Positions 45,358 to 55,034 of a stretch of 64,000 bases of DNA are shown piece after piece. Source of the stretch: Acidimicrobiales bacterium (GTDB lineage Bacteria; Actinomycetota; Acidimicrobiia; Acidimicrobiales; JAUJNH01); the NCBI GenBank assembly GCA_038232515.1, contig JBBSHS010000001.1, forward strand, positions 36,407 through 100,406, given 5' to 3'. Made by a program: the position numbers and the translations under genes. The stretch's first letter is position 1, and the number at the start of each line of letters is the position of its first letter. Under the pieces are notes generated by a model, which was not told where the DNA came from, did not search any database, and was given only the letters and a program-made list of their open reading frames with translations.

Positions 45358-46952
45358 CCGATCCTGAGACGATCTTCCGCCGCCGGTGGGCGATCCTCGC
45401 CGTTCTCAGCCTGAGCGTCTTCCTGGCCGTCGTCGACAACACGATCGTCAACGTGGCCCTGCCCAGCATCAGCGAGCAGATCAACGCCTCGACCAGCCAG
45501 CTCCAGTGGATCGTCGACGGCTACTCCCTGGTCTTTGCCGTGCTCCTGCTCGTGGGGGGCAGCCTCGGCGACCGGTACGGGCGGAGGGGCGCGCTTCAAC
45601 TCGGCATTGCCGCCTTCGCCGGGTTCTCGGCCTTCGCCGGTCTCTCGGGCTCGACCCATCTGCTGATCTTCGCCCGCTGCCTCATGGGCATGGCCGCCGC
45701 GCTGATCTTCCCGGCGACCCTTGCCATCCTCACCAACACGTTCACGAACGCCAAGGAGAGGGCGGCGGCGATCGGGGTTTGGACGGGCGTCGTAGGGCTG
45801 GCCGTGGCCCTCGGCCCACTCACCGGCGGGGTTCTCCTCCAGCACTTCTGGTGGGGGTCGATCTTCTTCGTCAACCTGCCCGTCGCCGCTGTCGCCCTCG
45901 GGCTCGGGGCGTGGGTACTGCCGACGAGCCGTGACCCGGCCGCCCCTCGGCTCGACTCTCTCGGCTTCGTCCTGTCCGGCGTCGGGATCGGCGCGCTCAT
46001 CTACACCACGATCGAGGCCCCGGGGCGGGGCTGGATGACCCCGCTCACGATCGGGGGCTACGTCGTCGGCCTGGCGGTGATCGCCACCTTCGCCATCTGG
46101 GAGCATCGCACTTCAGACCCGATGCTCGACATCGGCCTCTTCAACAACATCCGGTTCAGCGCGGCCAGCTTCTCGATCACCGTGTCCTTCTTCGGACTGT
46201 TCGGGTTCATCTTCCTCATCACCCAGTACTTCCAGCTGGTGCGCGGGTACGACACCCTGTCCGCCGGTGTCCACACTCTGCCGTTCGCCATCGCCACAGG
46301 CGCCGTGGCACCAGTGGCACCACTTCTGGCTGGCAGGATCGGCACCAAGATCGTCGTCCCTTCGGGCCTGGTGATCATGGGAGCGGGGTTCCTGGTCGCC
46401 ACCGGGCTCAGGGTCGACACCCCGTACTTCGGCGCCGTGATCGGGTCCATGCTCCTCATCGCCACCGGCCTCGGGCTGGTTGCCGCTCCGTCCACCGATG
46501 CCATCCTGGCCGTGCTGCCACCGGCCAAAGCCGGCGTCGGCTCGGCCGTCAACGACGTCACCCGGGAGCTGGGCGGAGCGTTCGGGGTGGCCGTCGTGGG
46601 TGCCGCCTTCTCGTCCGTCTACGGCACCGCCCTGGCCCGGCGCCTCGATGCCCTGCCCATCCCTCCGTCCGCCCTTACCGCGGCCCGGTCGTCGACGGCA
46701 GCCGCCCTGGCGGTCGCCCAGCGCGCACCCGTCGGGGCCCGAGGCGCCATCGTGGACGCGGCGCGCACGTCGTTCGTCGATGGTCTCGGACGTGGCTCGG
46801 CCGTCTGTGCCGGGGTGGTCCTGGTGGGGGCGGTGTTCGCCTTCGTGGTGCTCCCCCGCCGCCTCCCCTCGGTGGGCCACGCCGTCGGTACGGATGACGA
46901 CGTCATGAGCAGCGCCGGCATCGAAGACCTTGAGCCCGACGTCGTCGGGTGA
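45354..46952 (+). CDS. MFS transporter, DHA2 (EmrB/QacA, 14-TM) family
   Basis: VDNTIVNVALPSI, LGDRYGRR, 14 predicted TM segments. GTG overlaps the upstream stop (GTGA). Confidence 0.85.
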   Translation: MTDPETIFRRRWAILAVLSLSVFLAVVDNTIVNVALPSISEQINASTSQLQWIVDGYSLVFAVLLLVGGSLGDRYGRRGALQLGIAAFAGFSAFAGLSGSTHLLIFARCLMGMAAALIFPATLAILTNTFTNAKERAAAIGVWTGVVGLAVALGPLTGGVLLQHFWWGSIFFVNLPVAAVALGLGAWVLPTSRDPAAPRLDSLGFVLSGVGIGALIYTTIEAPGRGWMTPLTIGGYVVGLAVIATFAIWEHRTSDPMLDIGLFNNIRFSAASFSITVSFFGLFGFIFLITQYFQLVRGYDTLSAGVHTLPFAIATGAVAPVAPLLAGRIGTKIVVPSGLVIMGAGFLVATGLRVDTPYFGAVIGSMLLIATGLGLVAAPSTDAILAVLPPAKAGVGSAVNDVTRELGGAFGVAVVGAAFSSVYGTALARRLDALPIPPSALTAARSSTAAALAVAQRAPVGARGAIVDAARTSFVDGLGRGSAVCAGVVLVGAVFAFVVLPRRLPSVGHAVGTDDDVMSSAGIEDLEPDVVG

Positions 46953-46998
46953 CCCCACCGGGGCGCGGCGGACGACGAGTCTCCCGATGGGTACGGCC

Positions 46999-47406
46999 TC
47001 AGGCTGGGCCGGGCCCGGTCGGTCGTGGGTGCCGTATGGACGCCGTCCGGCGGACGTGGAGGGCCCACAGGACCAAAGGGATCTGTATGGGCAACCGTGC
47101 GTACCCGATCAGGGGGTCGAGGCCGGAGCGATGACGCCAGTCGGCCGCCATCTGGATGTTGGCGGGGAAGACGGCGACGAAGAGGACGGCGGTGACGGTG
47201 GCGCCGGCTCGGCGCGTCGCAGGATGGGCGACCAGGCCGGCGCAGGCCAGCTCGGCCATGCCGCTGGCCACCGTCCAGCCGACTCGGGAGCCGGGCAGCA
47301 CGCGGGGGACGATGTCCTCGTAGACACCGGGCGCGGCTAGGTGGGTCAGGCCGGCGCCGGCCAGGATGGCCGACAGGGCAAGGGCCCAGCCGTCGGGTCT
47401 GGTCAC
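46999..47406 (-). CDS. DoxX-like small membrane protein
   Basis: 135-aa, 4-TM ORF with GLTHL...VP and FPANI motifs as remembered for the DoxX-like family; moderate certainty. Confidence 0.6.
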   Translation of the reverse strand: MTRPDGWALALSAILAGAGLTHLAAPGVYEDIVPRVLPGSRVGWTVASGMAELACAGLVAHPATRRAGATVTAVLFVAVFPANIQMAADWRHRSGLDPLIGYARLPIQIPLVLWALHVRRTASIRHPRPTGPGPA

Positions 47407-47694
47407 GGAGCGAGGCCGATCGTCTTCACTTCCGACACCTTCGCACCCAGCGATCCAACCAGACCAGCCTGAGCAGGTCCCGAAGGGTCATGGAGGGCTG
47501 GCCGAGACACCGGCGCCCGCCACGCGCCGGGATACGGCGCCAGCGCTGGCGATGGCTCTGATGTCTTCGGACATGCTGAGGGCGAGCGCGACGCGCTTCG
47601 CCGGGGAGAGCCGGCGGTAGACCGAGATCTGGACCGCCCGAGCGGCCGGCGTCGTAGCGGCCGGCCACCGGCCACGACCTCGTTCCTCCATCGG

Positions 47695-47769
47695 TCGGGC
47701 TGCCCGGATTTGAACCGGGGACCTCTGCGTCCCGAACGCAGCGCGCTAACCAAGCTGCGCTACAGCCCG
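47695..47769 (-). tRNA. tRNA-Pro (anticodon CGG)
   Basis: 75-nt cloverleaf: acceptor CGGGCTG/CAGCCCG, anticodon stem CTGCG/CGCAG with loop TTCGGGA, T-arm CCCGG-TTCAAAT-CCGGG; CCA not encoded. Confidence 0.85.
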
Positions 47770-47840
47770 TCGGTTGCGGCCATGGAGCCTAGCGGAGACC
47801 GGGGCGTTCCCCGTCCGGTCGGGCCTGGACGCACAGGTCG

Positions 47841-48263
47841 TCAACCTCGGGTGACGACCACGGTCTCGGGGCGGTCGGTGGCGTCGAAATAGGTGCCACC
47901 GGCCAGCAGGGCCTCGACGGCCTTGCGCAACCGGATCGGATCGAGTGGCTTCACCAGCCAGCCGTCGGCGTTGGAACGCCGGGCCAGGAAGACGTCGGCC
48001 CGCCGGTCGAGCAGCATCAGCACTGGGACGGGGGGCAGGCGACCGGCACCCTCTTCGAGGTGGAGGTCGGCGCACATGGCCACGGCGCCCATGTTGCCCA
48101 TCTGGAAGTCGAGCACCGCCAGGTCGGGCGGCCTGTCCCGAACGGCCCGGAGCAGGTCCGTCCCGACGGTCGACTCCTGCACCGAGTGGTGGCCCCGGCT
48201 GAGCACCTGGCGGACCTCGTCCCTGACCCAGTCGGCGTCGCTGGCGACGAGGACGTGGGCCAT
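47841..48263 (-). CDS. single-domain (CheY-like) response regulator
   Basis: Receiver motifs VLVASDAD, LAVLDFQM, WLVKPL. Start at ATG 48263. Confidence 0.75.
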   Translation of the reverse strand: MAHVLVASDADWVRDEVRQVLSRGHHSVQESTVGTDLLRAVRDRPPDLAVLDFQMGNMGAVAMCADLHLEEGAGRLPPVPVLMLLDRRADVFLARRSNADGWLVKPLDPIRLRKAVEALLAGGTYFDATDRPETVVVTRG

Positions 48264-48419
48264 GTCGGGCGAGCGTAGGCCAGCCGGCATCGCCGTCGCC
48301 GCCCGGCGTCCCCGGTCCGGTCCGGCGGTCGGCTGGCAGCGGTTGTGGGGCGCTGGCCGTGGGGCCGTCCCAGTCTGGGTACGATGCCGCGCCAACTGCC
48401 CCCGGGAGTGAGGAGCCGC

Positions 48420-48773
48420 ATGCTGGAGATCCAGCTTGACGAGGTGCAGGGCCTGAAGGTCTGTCGTCCCATAGGTGAGCTCGACGCCTTCACCGTCAGC
48501 CAGTTCCGCCAGTCTCTGGCCGAGTTGGCCTCGACGCCCCGTCTGCTGATCGACATGTCTGGCGTGCCGTTCGTCGACTCCGCCGGCCTGGGGGCACTGA
48601 TCGGCGGCATCCGGCGAGCCCGTGAGCTAGGGGGTGACGTGGCCGTCGCCTGCAACCGGCCGGCGCTCACGCGGCTGTTGCGCACGACCGGCTTCGACCG
48701 CATCGTCACCGTCGCCGAGACGCTCGAGGAGGCGGCCGCCGCCCTCGAGCCGCCCCCGCCCGCCGACGTCTGA
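48420..48773 (+). CDS. STAS-domain anti-sigma-factor antagonist
   Basis: LLIDMSGVPFVDSAGLGALIG (conserved Ser), TGFDRI. ATG 48420 is preceded by GGGAGTGAGGAG. Confidence 0.8.
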   Translation: MLEIQLDEVQGLKVCRPIGELDAFTVSQFRQSLAELASTPRLLIDMSGVPFVDSAGLGALIGGIRRARELGGDVAVACNRPALTRLLRTTGFDRIVTVAETLEEAAAALEPPPPADV

Positions 48774-48863
48774 CCTGGCGGCCGGCCGCCGTTGTGGCCT
48801 GGCCCAGGACGTGCCCCACCGGGTGTGGCCGACGGGCGGTCCGGGCCATTCGGCCCGGGCGGG

Positions 48864-49976
48864 TCAGGCGCGGCCGAACAGGTGGGCGGCCACCAGCTCC
48901 AGGCCGCCGAGGTCGTGGACGTCGTCGGCCAGGAACGGCACGCGGGTCACTGGGGCAGGGGCCACCTGCTCGACCAGCTCCACCAGGTGGGCGGCCTCGC
49001 GGCTGGCAACGGCGTCGAGCTCGGCCAGGTTGCGCTCGAGCACGGCGAGGGCCGAGCCGTCCGGGGCCGGAGGGATCGGAGGTAGGCCCAGCCCGAAGGC
49101 CGGATGGACGCGGTTCACCACCAGGGCGGCGACTTTGATGCCGCCGTCGGCGAGCCTGCCGGCGAAGTACAGCGCCTCTTCGACCGTGTCGCGTCGGGCG
49201 GAGGCCACCAGCACGAACGCGGTGGTGGGGTCCTTCAGCAGGTCCAGGACGGCCTGGGCCCGCTCCCGGAAGCCCTGCTCCATGCCTTCGAAGGCGTCGA
49301 AGAAGGCAAGTGTGTCGGCCACCACCTCGCCTCCCACAACCTTGGTGACGGTCCGCAAAAAGGCCTGGGTGGCCATCGACACAGCCCTCAGATAGGCCCG
49401 CGTCGGCATCAGGAGCAGGCGGAAGACCCGGTTGTCCAGGAAACGGGTGAGGCGGCGGGGGGCGTCGAGGAAGTCCAGGGCGTTGCGGGTGGGCGGAGTG
49501 TCCACCACGACGATGTCGTACGTCTGATCACCGCTGCCCGACCACAGCTCGTACAGCTTCTCCATGGCCATGTACTCCTGGGTGCCCGACAGCGCCCCAG
49601 CGATGTTGCGGTACATGCGGTTGGCGAGGATGGCTTCAGCCTGTCGCTCGTCGGCCGCGTAGCGACGCACCACCGTGTCGAAGGTCGACCTGGTGTCCAG
49701 CATCACGGCCCACAGCTCGCCCGGCCCGACGCCGGCCACCCGAGATGGCGTGTCGGAGAGGGTGTCCAGACCGAGGGCATCGGCCAGGCGCTTGGCCGGG
49801 TCGATGGTGACCACGCAGGCCACCCGGCCCTTCTTCGCCGCCTCGACGGCGACCGCGGCGGCCACTGTCGTCTTGCCCACGCCGCCCGACCCGCAGCACA
49901 CGACGACGCCCCGTTCCCCGGCCAGGTCGGCCAGGTCCACCGAGGCCGGGGGCCCGGCAGGCTGTTGTGAGCTCAT
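48864..49976 (-). CDS. ArsA/GET3-family ATPase (BagA/BagB-like)
   Basis: Deviant Walker A CCGSGGVGKTT, TIDPAKRLADALG, VVVDTPPTRNALDFL. Confidence 0.85.
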   Translation of the reverse strand: MSSQQPAGPPASVDLADLAGERGVVVCCGSGGVGKTTVAAAVAVEAAKKGRVACVVTIDPAKRLADALGLDTLSDTPSRVAGVGPGELWAVMLDTRSTFDTVVRRYAADERQAEAILANRMYRNIAGALSGTQEYMAMEKLYELWSGSGDQTYDIVVVDTPPTRNALDFLDAPRRLTRFLDNRVFRLLLMPTRAYLRAVSMATQAFLRTVTKVVGGEVVADTLAFFDAFEGMEQGFRERAQAVLDLLKDPTTAFVLVASARRDTVEEALYFAGRLADGGIKVAALVVNRVHPAFGLGLPPIPPAPDGSALAVLERNLAELDAVASREAAHLVELVEQVAPAPVTRVPFLADDVHDLGGLELVAAHLFGRA

Positions 49977-50019
49977 CTCGGGGTTCCGGTGGGGGCCACG
50001 GGCGCGTGGGGTCCGCGCC

Positions 50020-50997
50020 TCAACCGGACGTGACGGGGTCGGGCAGTGACCGGATGGACCGGGCCAGGGCGGTGGCCAGGTCGGCGAGCTGCGCCGGACC
50101 GATCTCGTGGCCGAACACGAAGGGCATCCGCAACTGCGACAAGGGCAGGGCGTGGCGCAGACGCTGCACCTGCTCCTCGTGGAGGGCCTGGCGCTGGCGG
50201 CGAAACGACGCCGCTCGGGTCAGCGCCTCGGCCTGGCCTTCCACCAGCTCCAGGCCGGCCTGGGCGGCGGCCTCCACCGGGCCCACCTCCAGCCCGTCGA
50301 GGTGGTCGTACACGCCGTTCACCACCACCGGCGCCAGGCTCACCCCAACGCGGTCCTCGAGGGCGAAGGCCGTCTCCACCACCTCGTTGACAGGGGTCTC
50401 CTCGGCCAGGGTCACCAGCAGCACCTGGCACCGGCGGCCGTCGGACAGCAGTTCGAGCACCTCCTCGGCCTGGGCCCGGATGGGGCCGACGGTGACGGCG
50501 TCGAGCAGTCCGGAGGCGCTTGTCAGGAACGTCACCGCGTGCCCGGCGGCGGGAGCGTCGAGGACGATGAGGTCTATCTCCGGTGCCCGTTCCAGTTGCT
50601 TCACCTTGCCCAGCACGAGGATGTCCTTGATTCCCGGCGCAGCCGTCGCCACGATGTCGATGGCCCCGCTGTTCACCAGCCGCTTGGACAGGCGGCGTAG
50701 GCCGTGGCCCTGGAGGTACTCCACCAGGGCGTCGTCCGGCGTGATCATCCGGGCCCGGACATCGGCCCGGCCGTCAGCTCCGCCGCCCGACAGGACTACC
50801 TCGTCATAGGTAAGCGGTCCGGTCCGGCCGAAGGCCGAACCGATGCCCGACTTGCCCTCCACCTCGACGATCAGGGTGGTCAGCCCGTAGTTGGCGGCCA
50901 TACGGGCGAGGGTGGCGCTCACCGTCGTTTTGCCCACACCGCCCTTCCCGGCGACGATGAGCAGCCGTGTCTGTGAGCAGAACGCGGCAGGGTCCAC
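50020..50997 (-). CDS. ArsA/GET3-family ATPase (BagA/BagB-like), second paralogue
   Basis: VAGKGGVGKTTVSA, VLDAPAAGHAVTFL. GTG start at 50997. Confidence 0.85.
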   Translation of the reverse strand: MDPAAFCSQTRLLIVAGKGGVGKTTVSATLARMAANYGLTTLIVEVEGKSGIGSAFGRTGPLTYDEVVLSGGGADGRADVRARMITPDDALVEYLQGHGLRRLSKRLVNSGAIDIVATAAPGIKDILVLGKVKQLERAPEIDLIVLDAPAAGHAVTFLTSASGLLDAVTVGPIRAQAEEVLELLSDGRRCQVLLVTLAEETPVNEVVETAFALEDRVGVSLAPVVVNGVYDHLDGLEVGPVEAAAQAGLELVEGQAEALTRAASFRRQRQALHEEQVQRLRHALPLSQLRMPFVFGHEIGPAQLADLATALARSIRSLPDPVTSG

Positions 50998-51002
50998 TCA
51001 GA

Positions 51003-52319
51003 GTGAGGTTACTGCCCGGTGTCCCGGCCTTTGGTGCCGCCGTCGCCGTCGCCGTCGCCGTCGGCGTCGGCGTGGTGGCGATGGGTGGCCCCGCCGTGGC
51101 GGCCGCCGCCCCCGGCCCGGTGCCGGCCGCCCGTCATGTCGACGTCGTGCAGCTGGGCGGCATCTTCGATCCGGTCAACGCCCGGCTGTTGCGTTCGTCC
51201 GTCCGTACCGCCACCGCCGACGGCGCCTCAATCCTCGTCGTCCAGCTGGATTCCACCAGCAGCACCGTCTCGGCCGGCGAGGCGTGTGCCGCGGCTGGCG
51301 CGGCACGGGCCGGCGTCCAGACCGTGCCGGTGGCCGTCTGGGTCGGCCCTGCCGGGCGGGGCCGTGCCTATGGCTCCGCCTACAGGGTCTTCGAGGAGGC
51401 CGACGTGCAGGGCGTGGCCCCGGGGGCCCGCATCGGCGAGGCGCCCCCGGCCTGCCGCACCGCGGCCGTCGACCCGTTGGCCGGCCACACGCTGACCGGC
51501 CAGGCGGCCACCGACGTGGGCCTGGCCGACATCGTGGCCCCGACGCTGTCCAACTTCATCGGCCAGCTCGACGGCGTGAAGGTCGACAGGACCGGTGAGG
51601 TGCTGTCCACCCTCGCCCCGGCCGACCAGGTGCCCGCCGGGCAGGGCCGGGGCCTGGCCCGCGACCTCGATGTCCGCTTCGTCAAAGCCGGCCTCATGGA
51701 CCGCCTGCTTCACGGCCTGGGCAGCCCGACCGCCACCTACCTCCTGCTCGTCACCGGCCTGCTGTTCGTGCTGTTCGAGTTCTTCACCGCCGGCGTCGGC
51801 ATCGCCTCGGGCGCCGCCGCCGTCGCCCTGGCCCTGTCCGCCTACGGCCTGGGCACGCTTCCCCTGCGACCGTGGGCCCTGGTGCTAATCGTGGTCGCCA
51901 TGGTTGGCTACGGCATAGACGTGCAGTCGGGGGTTCCCCGATCGTGGACGGTCATCGCCACGGTCTGCCTCATCGGGGGGAGCCTCGAGCTGTTCGGGGG
52001 CGGACGCCTGCCGCTCATCAGCATCGCACTGGTGCTGGCGACCACACTGGTCGTGATCCTCGCCGCCATGCCATCGGTGGTGCGGTCCCGCTTCGCCACG
52101 CCCACGATCGGGCGGGAGACCATGATCGGGGAGATGGGCACCGCCCTGGCCGCGGTCGACCCTGACGGCACCGTGGTCGTCCGAGGGGCGCCGTGGCGGG
52201 CCCGCACCAACCGGGCCACCCCCATCGAGGCGGGTGGGGCCGTGCGGGTCGTGGCTATCGACGGCCTCCTCCTGGAGGTGGAGCCTGAGACCGGTGGGGC
52301 CAAGGAAGCACACCATTGA
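51003..52319 (+). CDS. NfeD-family membrane-bound ClpP-class protease-like protein
   Basis: Signal/TM, a ClpP-like N-domain, a multi-TM middle and a C-terminal NfeD OB-fold (VVVRGAPWRARTN...VRVVAIDGLLLEVEP). The start is GTG 51003, or 50967 if it overlaps the divergent gene. Confidence 0.75.
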   Translation: MRLLPGVPAFGAAVAVAVAVGVGVVAMGGPAVAAAAPGPVPAARHVDVVQLGGIFDPVNARLLRSSVRTATADGASILVVQLDSTSSTVSAGEACAAAGAARAGVQTVPVAVWVGPAGRGRAYGSAYRVFEEADVQGVAPGARIGEAPPACRTAAVDPLAGHTLTGQAATDVGLADIVAPTLSNFIGQLDGVKVDRTGEVLSTLAPADQVPAGQGRGLARDLDVRFVKAGLMDRLLHGLGSPTATYLLLVTGLLFVLFEFFTAGVGIASGAAAVALALSAYGLGTLPLRPWALVLIVVAMVGYGIDVQSGVPRSWTVIATVCLIGGSLELFGGGRLPLISIALVLATTLVVILAAMPSVVRSRFATPTIGRETMIGEMGTALAAVDPDGTVVVRGAPWRARTNRATPIEAGGAVRVVAIDGLLLEVEPETGGAKEAHH

Positions 52320-52451
52320 CCGGCGACCCGCCCGTCGAGGCAACGGAAACCGCTGGTCAAAGACGGCGCTCGCGATAGTTGCCTCTTGTGCCGGCGCCCG
52401 CTGGCGGATACCGTCCGCGTCGTAGCCATGGAGGGAGGCCCGCAGGTGTCC

Positions 52452-52709
52452 ATGCCTCGTTTGGACGACGGCTGGCAGGCGAAAGCGGCGTGCCGCGGGC
52501 CACAAGCCGCCGTGTTCTTCTCACCGCCCACCTTCGAGCGAAAAGACGAGAAGGAGGAGCGGGAGGGCCGGGCCAAGGCCATCTGTGCCTCCTGCTCGGT
52601 GCGCGGCCCGTGCCTCGAGTACGCCCTGCGCATGCGGGAGCCCCACGGCATCTGGGGCGGTCTCAACGAGGCCGAGCGCAAGCAGCTGCTCGCCCGCCCG
52701 GCCGTCTGA
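52452..52709 (+). CDS. WhiB-family Fe-S transcriptional regulator
   Basis: Four Cys (AACRG...ICASCSVRGPC) and the GIWGGLNEAER turn. ATG 52452 is preceded by GGAGGGAGG; ATG 52428 is possible. Confidence 0.85.
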   Translation: MPRLDDGWQAKAACRGPQAAVFFSPPTFERKDEKEEREGRAKAICASCSVRGPCLEYALRMREPHGIWGGLNEAERKQLLARPAV

Positions 52710-52768
52710 CCACCCCGGGGGCCACTGAAACGGGTCCCACCCGCTGACATGGGAGACTACCGGGCGAC

Positions 52769-55012
52769 ATGCCCGGACTGGCTCGCATCATCGGGCGGGT
52801 GGCCGTTCTGCTGGTCACCTGCACCGTCGTCATCCCCGTCGTCGTGGCCGGCATCATCCTGGGCTCGTTGCTGTTCCTGCCCCTGCCGGCCACGCTGCCC
52901 CAGGCCAGGCCCATCAGCACCAGCCAGGAGAGCCACGTCTACGACGCCGCCGGCAACGAGATCGCCACTTTCCACGCCTTCGACCAGAACATCCCGGTCA
53001 AGGCCGAGGACATCCCGGTGGTCCTGAAGCAGGCCGTGGTGTCGGCCGAGGACCGCTCATTCTTCAGCCGAGGGGGCGGCGTCGACCTCCGGGGCTCGAT
53101 CCGTGCCTTCGTCAACGATCTGCAGGGCGGCGCCACCCAAGGTGGGTCCACCATCACCCAGCAGTACGTGAAGCTCACCTACACCGGCGGGCAGCGGACC
53201 CTCAACCGCAAGGTGCGAGAGGCCATCCTGGCCAGCCAGTTGGCCAGGAAGGTGTCCAAGGACGAAATCCTCTACAAGTACCTGTCGACCATCTACCTGG
53301 GCGACGGGGCCTATGGGGTGGGCGCGGCGGCCCAGAGCTACTTCCACAAGCCGGTGAACCAGTTGAACCTCTCCGAGTCGGCCGCCCTGGCCGGTCTCAT
53401 CCCCGCCCCCAGTCGGCTGGCGCCCCGCGAGAACGTGAGCGGAGCCGAGGACAAGCGCCGCACCGTGCTGCAGGAGATGCTCGACCAGCACTACATCGAC
53501 GACGCCGCCTACGCCGACGCGCTGTCCCAGGTGCTGGTCCTTGGTACCGCTCCGCTGCTTCCCGGCCAGACGGGCACCGTCGTGTACCCGGCGAGCGAGG
53601 ACAAGAACAGGTACCCGTACTTCGTCGACTACGTAAAGAAGTACCTCATCGGCAGGTACGGTGCCGACACGGTCTTCCAGGGCGGCCTACAGGTCCAGAC
53701 GACGCTCGACCCGGCGATGCAGGCCAAGGCCGATCAGGCGGTGGCCGCCACCCTCAAGGGCACGGCCGCCGACCTGGACATGAGCCTCGTCTCGGTCGAA
53801 CCCGGCTCCGGTTTCGTCAAGGCCCTGGTGGGCGGCCGGGACTTCTACGACCCGAGCCGGGGACAGGTCAACCTGGCCCTTGGCGGCTGCCCGGCCAAGC
53901 CCGTCAACCCCAGGACGCAGATCGTGGTGGCCGCCAGTTGCTGGAACGACACCAGCGTCACCGGTGGTGGCTCGGGCCGTCAACCAGGCTCGTCCTTCAA
54001 GCCCTTCACCCTGGCCGCGGCGTTCGAACAGGGCATCTCGCCGGAGACGTCCATCCCCGCCCCCGTCGTGTACACCATCCCCAACTGCCGGCCCACCCCC
54101 AAATCCGACTGCACCATCCACAACGCCGCCGACGGCGAGGGCGGCGGCAGCCTCTCCATCCGCCAGGCCACGGCCAAGTCGGTCAACACCGCCTTCGCCG
54201 GGCTCCAGGCCCGGGTCGGCGGCCCGACCACCGTGGCCGCCGAAGCCGAGAAGCTGGGCATCTCCTCCGCCTGGTTCAGTCCTCAGGTGCAGGGTTACGG
54301 AGCCAACCTGACGCTGGGCGTGGAGGAGGTGTCGCCCCTCGACATGGCCTCGGCCTACTCGGTGTTCGCCAACCGTGGCATGCGTAACACCCCCACGCCG
54401 GTCTTCAAGATCACGAGCCCGGACGGGAAGGTGGTCGAGGACAATTCGACGCCCCATCCCACCCAGGTGGTGCCCCAGAACGTCGCCGACACCGTCAACG
54501 ACGTGCTCCAAGGCCCCCTTGGGCCGGGGGGCACGGCCGGCGGCAAGGCGCTCGACCGACCGGCGGCGGGCAAGACGGGCACGACCAGCGACTACAAGGA
54601 CGCCTGGTTCGTCGGCTATACCCCCGACCTGGCCACCGCCGTCTCACTGGGGTACGACTCGCCCAAGCCCTTGAAGGGCGTCAAGGGTGTGGGCATCGTC
54701 TTCGGGGGCACGATCCCGGCCCAGACATGGCACGACTACATGATCCAGGCGTTGGCCGGCCGGCCCCCGGCACCGTTCAACCAGCCTGCGCCCATCCAGC
54801 AGATCCAGGACCAGCTCAACCGGGACAAGCGCGGTGGCATCGACCCCGGTGACCAACAGCCCGCCATTCCCACCCCGGTCGGCGGCCCCTACGTGCTGAG
54901 CGGCCCGAATCCCCAGGCCACGCCGCCCCGGGCCTCCACTACGACATCGTCGACCACCACGCCGCTACCGACGTCCACAACCAGGCCCCCCTTTCCCCTG
55001 GCCCCACCGTAG
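52769..55012 (+). CDS. ponA: class A (PBP1A-type) bifunctional penicillin-binding protein
   Basis: Glycosyltransferase motifs (SAEDRSFF, GGSTITQQ, RKVRE) and transpeptidase motifs (SSFKP, SVN, KTGTT); P/T-rich C-terminus. Confidence 0.9.
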   Translation: MPGLARIIGRVAVLLVTCTVVIPVVVAGIILGSLLFLPLPATLPQARPISTSQESHVYDAAGNEIATFHAFDQNIPVKAEDIPVVLKQAVVSAEDRSFFSRGGGVDLRGSIRAFVNDLQGGATQGGSTITQQYVKLTYTGGQRTLNRKVREAILASQLARKVSKDEILYKYLSTIYLGDGAYGVGAAAQSYFHKPVNQLNLSESAALAGLIPAPSRLAPRENVSGAEDKRRTVLQEMLDQHYIDDAAYADALSQVLVLGTAPLLPGQTGTVVYPASEDKNRYPYFVDYVKKYLIGRYGADTVFQGGLQVQTTLDPAMQAKADQAVAATLKGTAADLDMSLVSVEPGSGFVKALVGGRDFYDPSRGQVNLALGGCPAKPVNPRTQIVVAASCWNDTSVTGGGSGRQPGSSFKPFTLAAAFEQGISPETSIPAPVVYTIPNCRPTPKSDCTIHNAADGEGGGSLSIRQATAKSVNTAFAGLQARVGGPTTVAAEAEKLGISSAWFSPQVQGYGANLTLGVEEVSPLDMASAYSVFANRGMRNTPTPVFKITSPDGKVVEDNSTPHPTQVVPQNVADTVNDVLQGPLGPGGTAGGKALDRPAAGKTGTTSDYKDAWFVGYTPDLATAVSLGYDSPKPLKGVKGVGIVFGGTIPAQTWHDYMIQALAGRPPAPFNQPAPIQQIQDQLNRDKRGGIDPGDQQPAIPTPVGGPYVLSGPNPQATPPRASTTTSSTTTPLPTSTTRPPFPLAPP

Positions 55013-55034
55013 GAGCGCTGAACGCTTCGGTGTC

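Noticed and set aside
47403-47753. Overlapping short ORFs next to tRNA-Pro (…VYRRLSPAKRVALALSMSEDIRAIASAG… and …LRDLLRLVWLDRWV…) that look like pieces of one small protein in different frames
   Set aside because: They are possibly a degraded small gene, but I cannot assign a family or reconstruct a convincing single reading, so it is not reported as a feature.
39794-47769. Metal/redox accessory block as a tRNA-Pro-integrated genomic island
   Set aside because: The block ends at the 3' side of tRNA-Pro and contains lesions and slightly lower-GC stretches. But I found no integrase, no direct repeat of the tRNA 3' end, and no mobility genes, so the evidence is insufficient.
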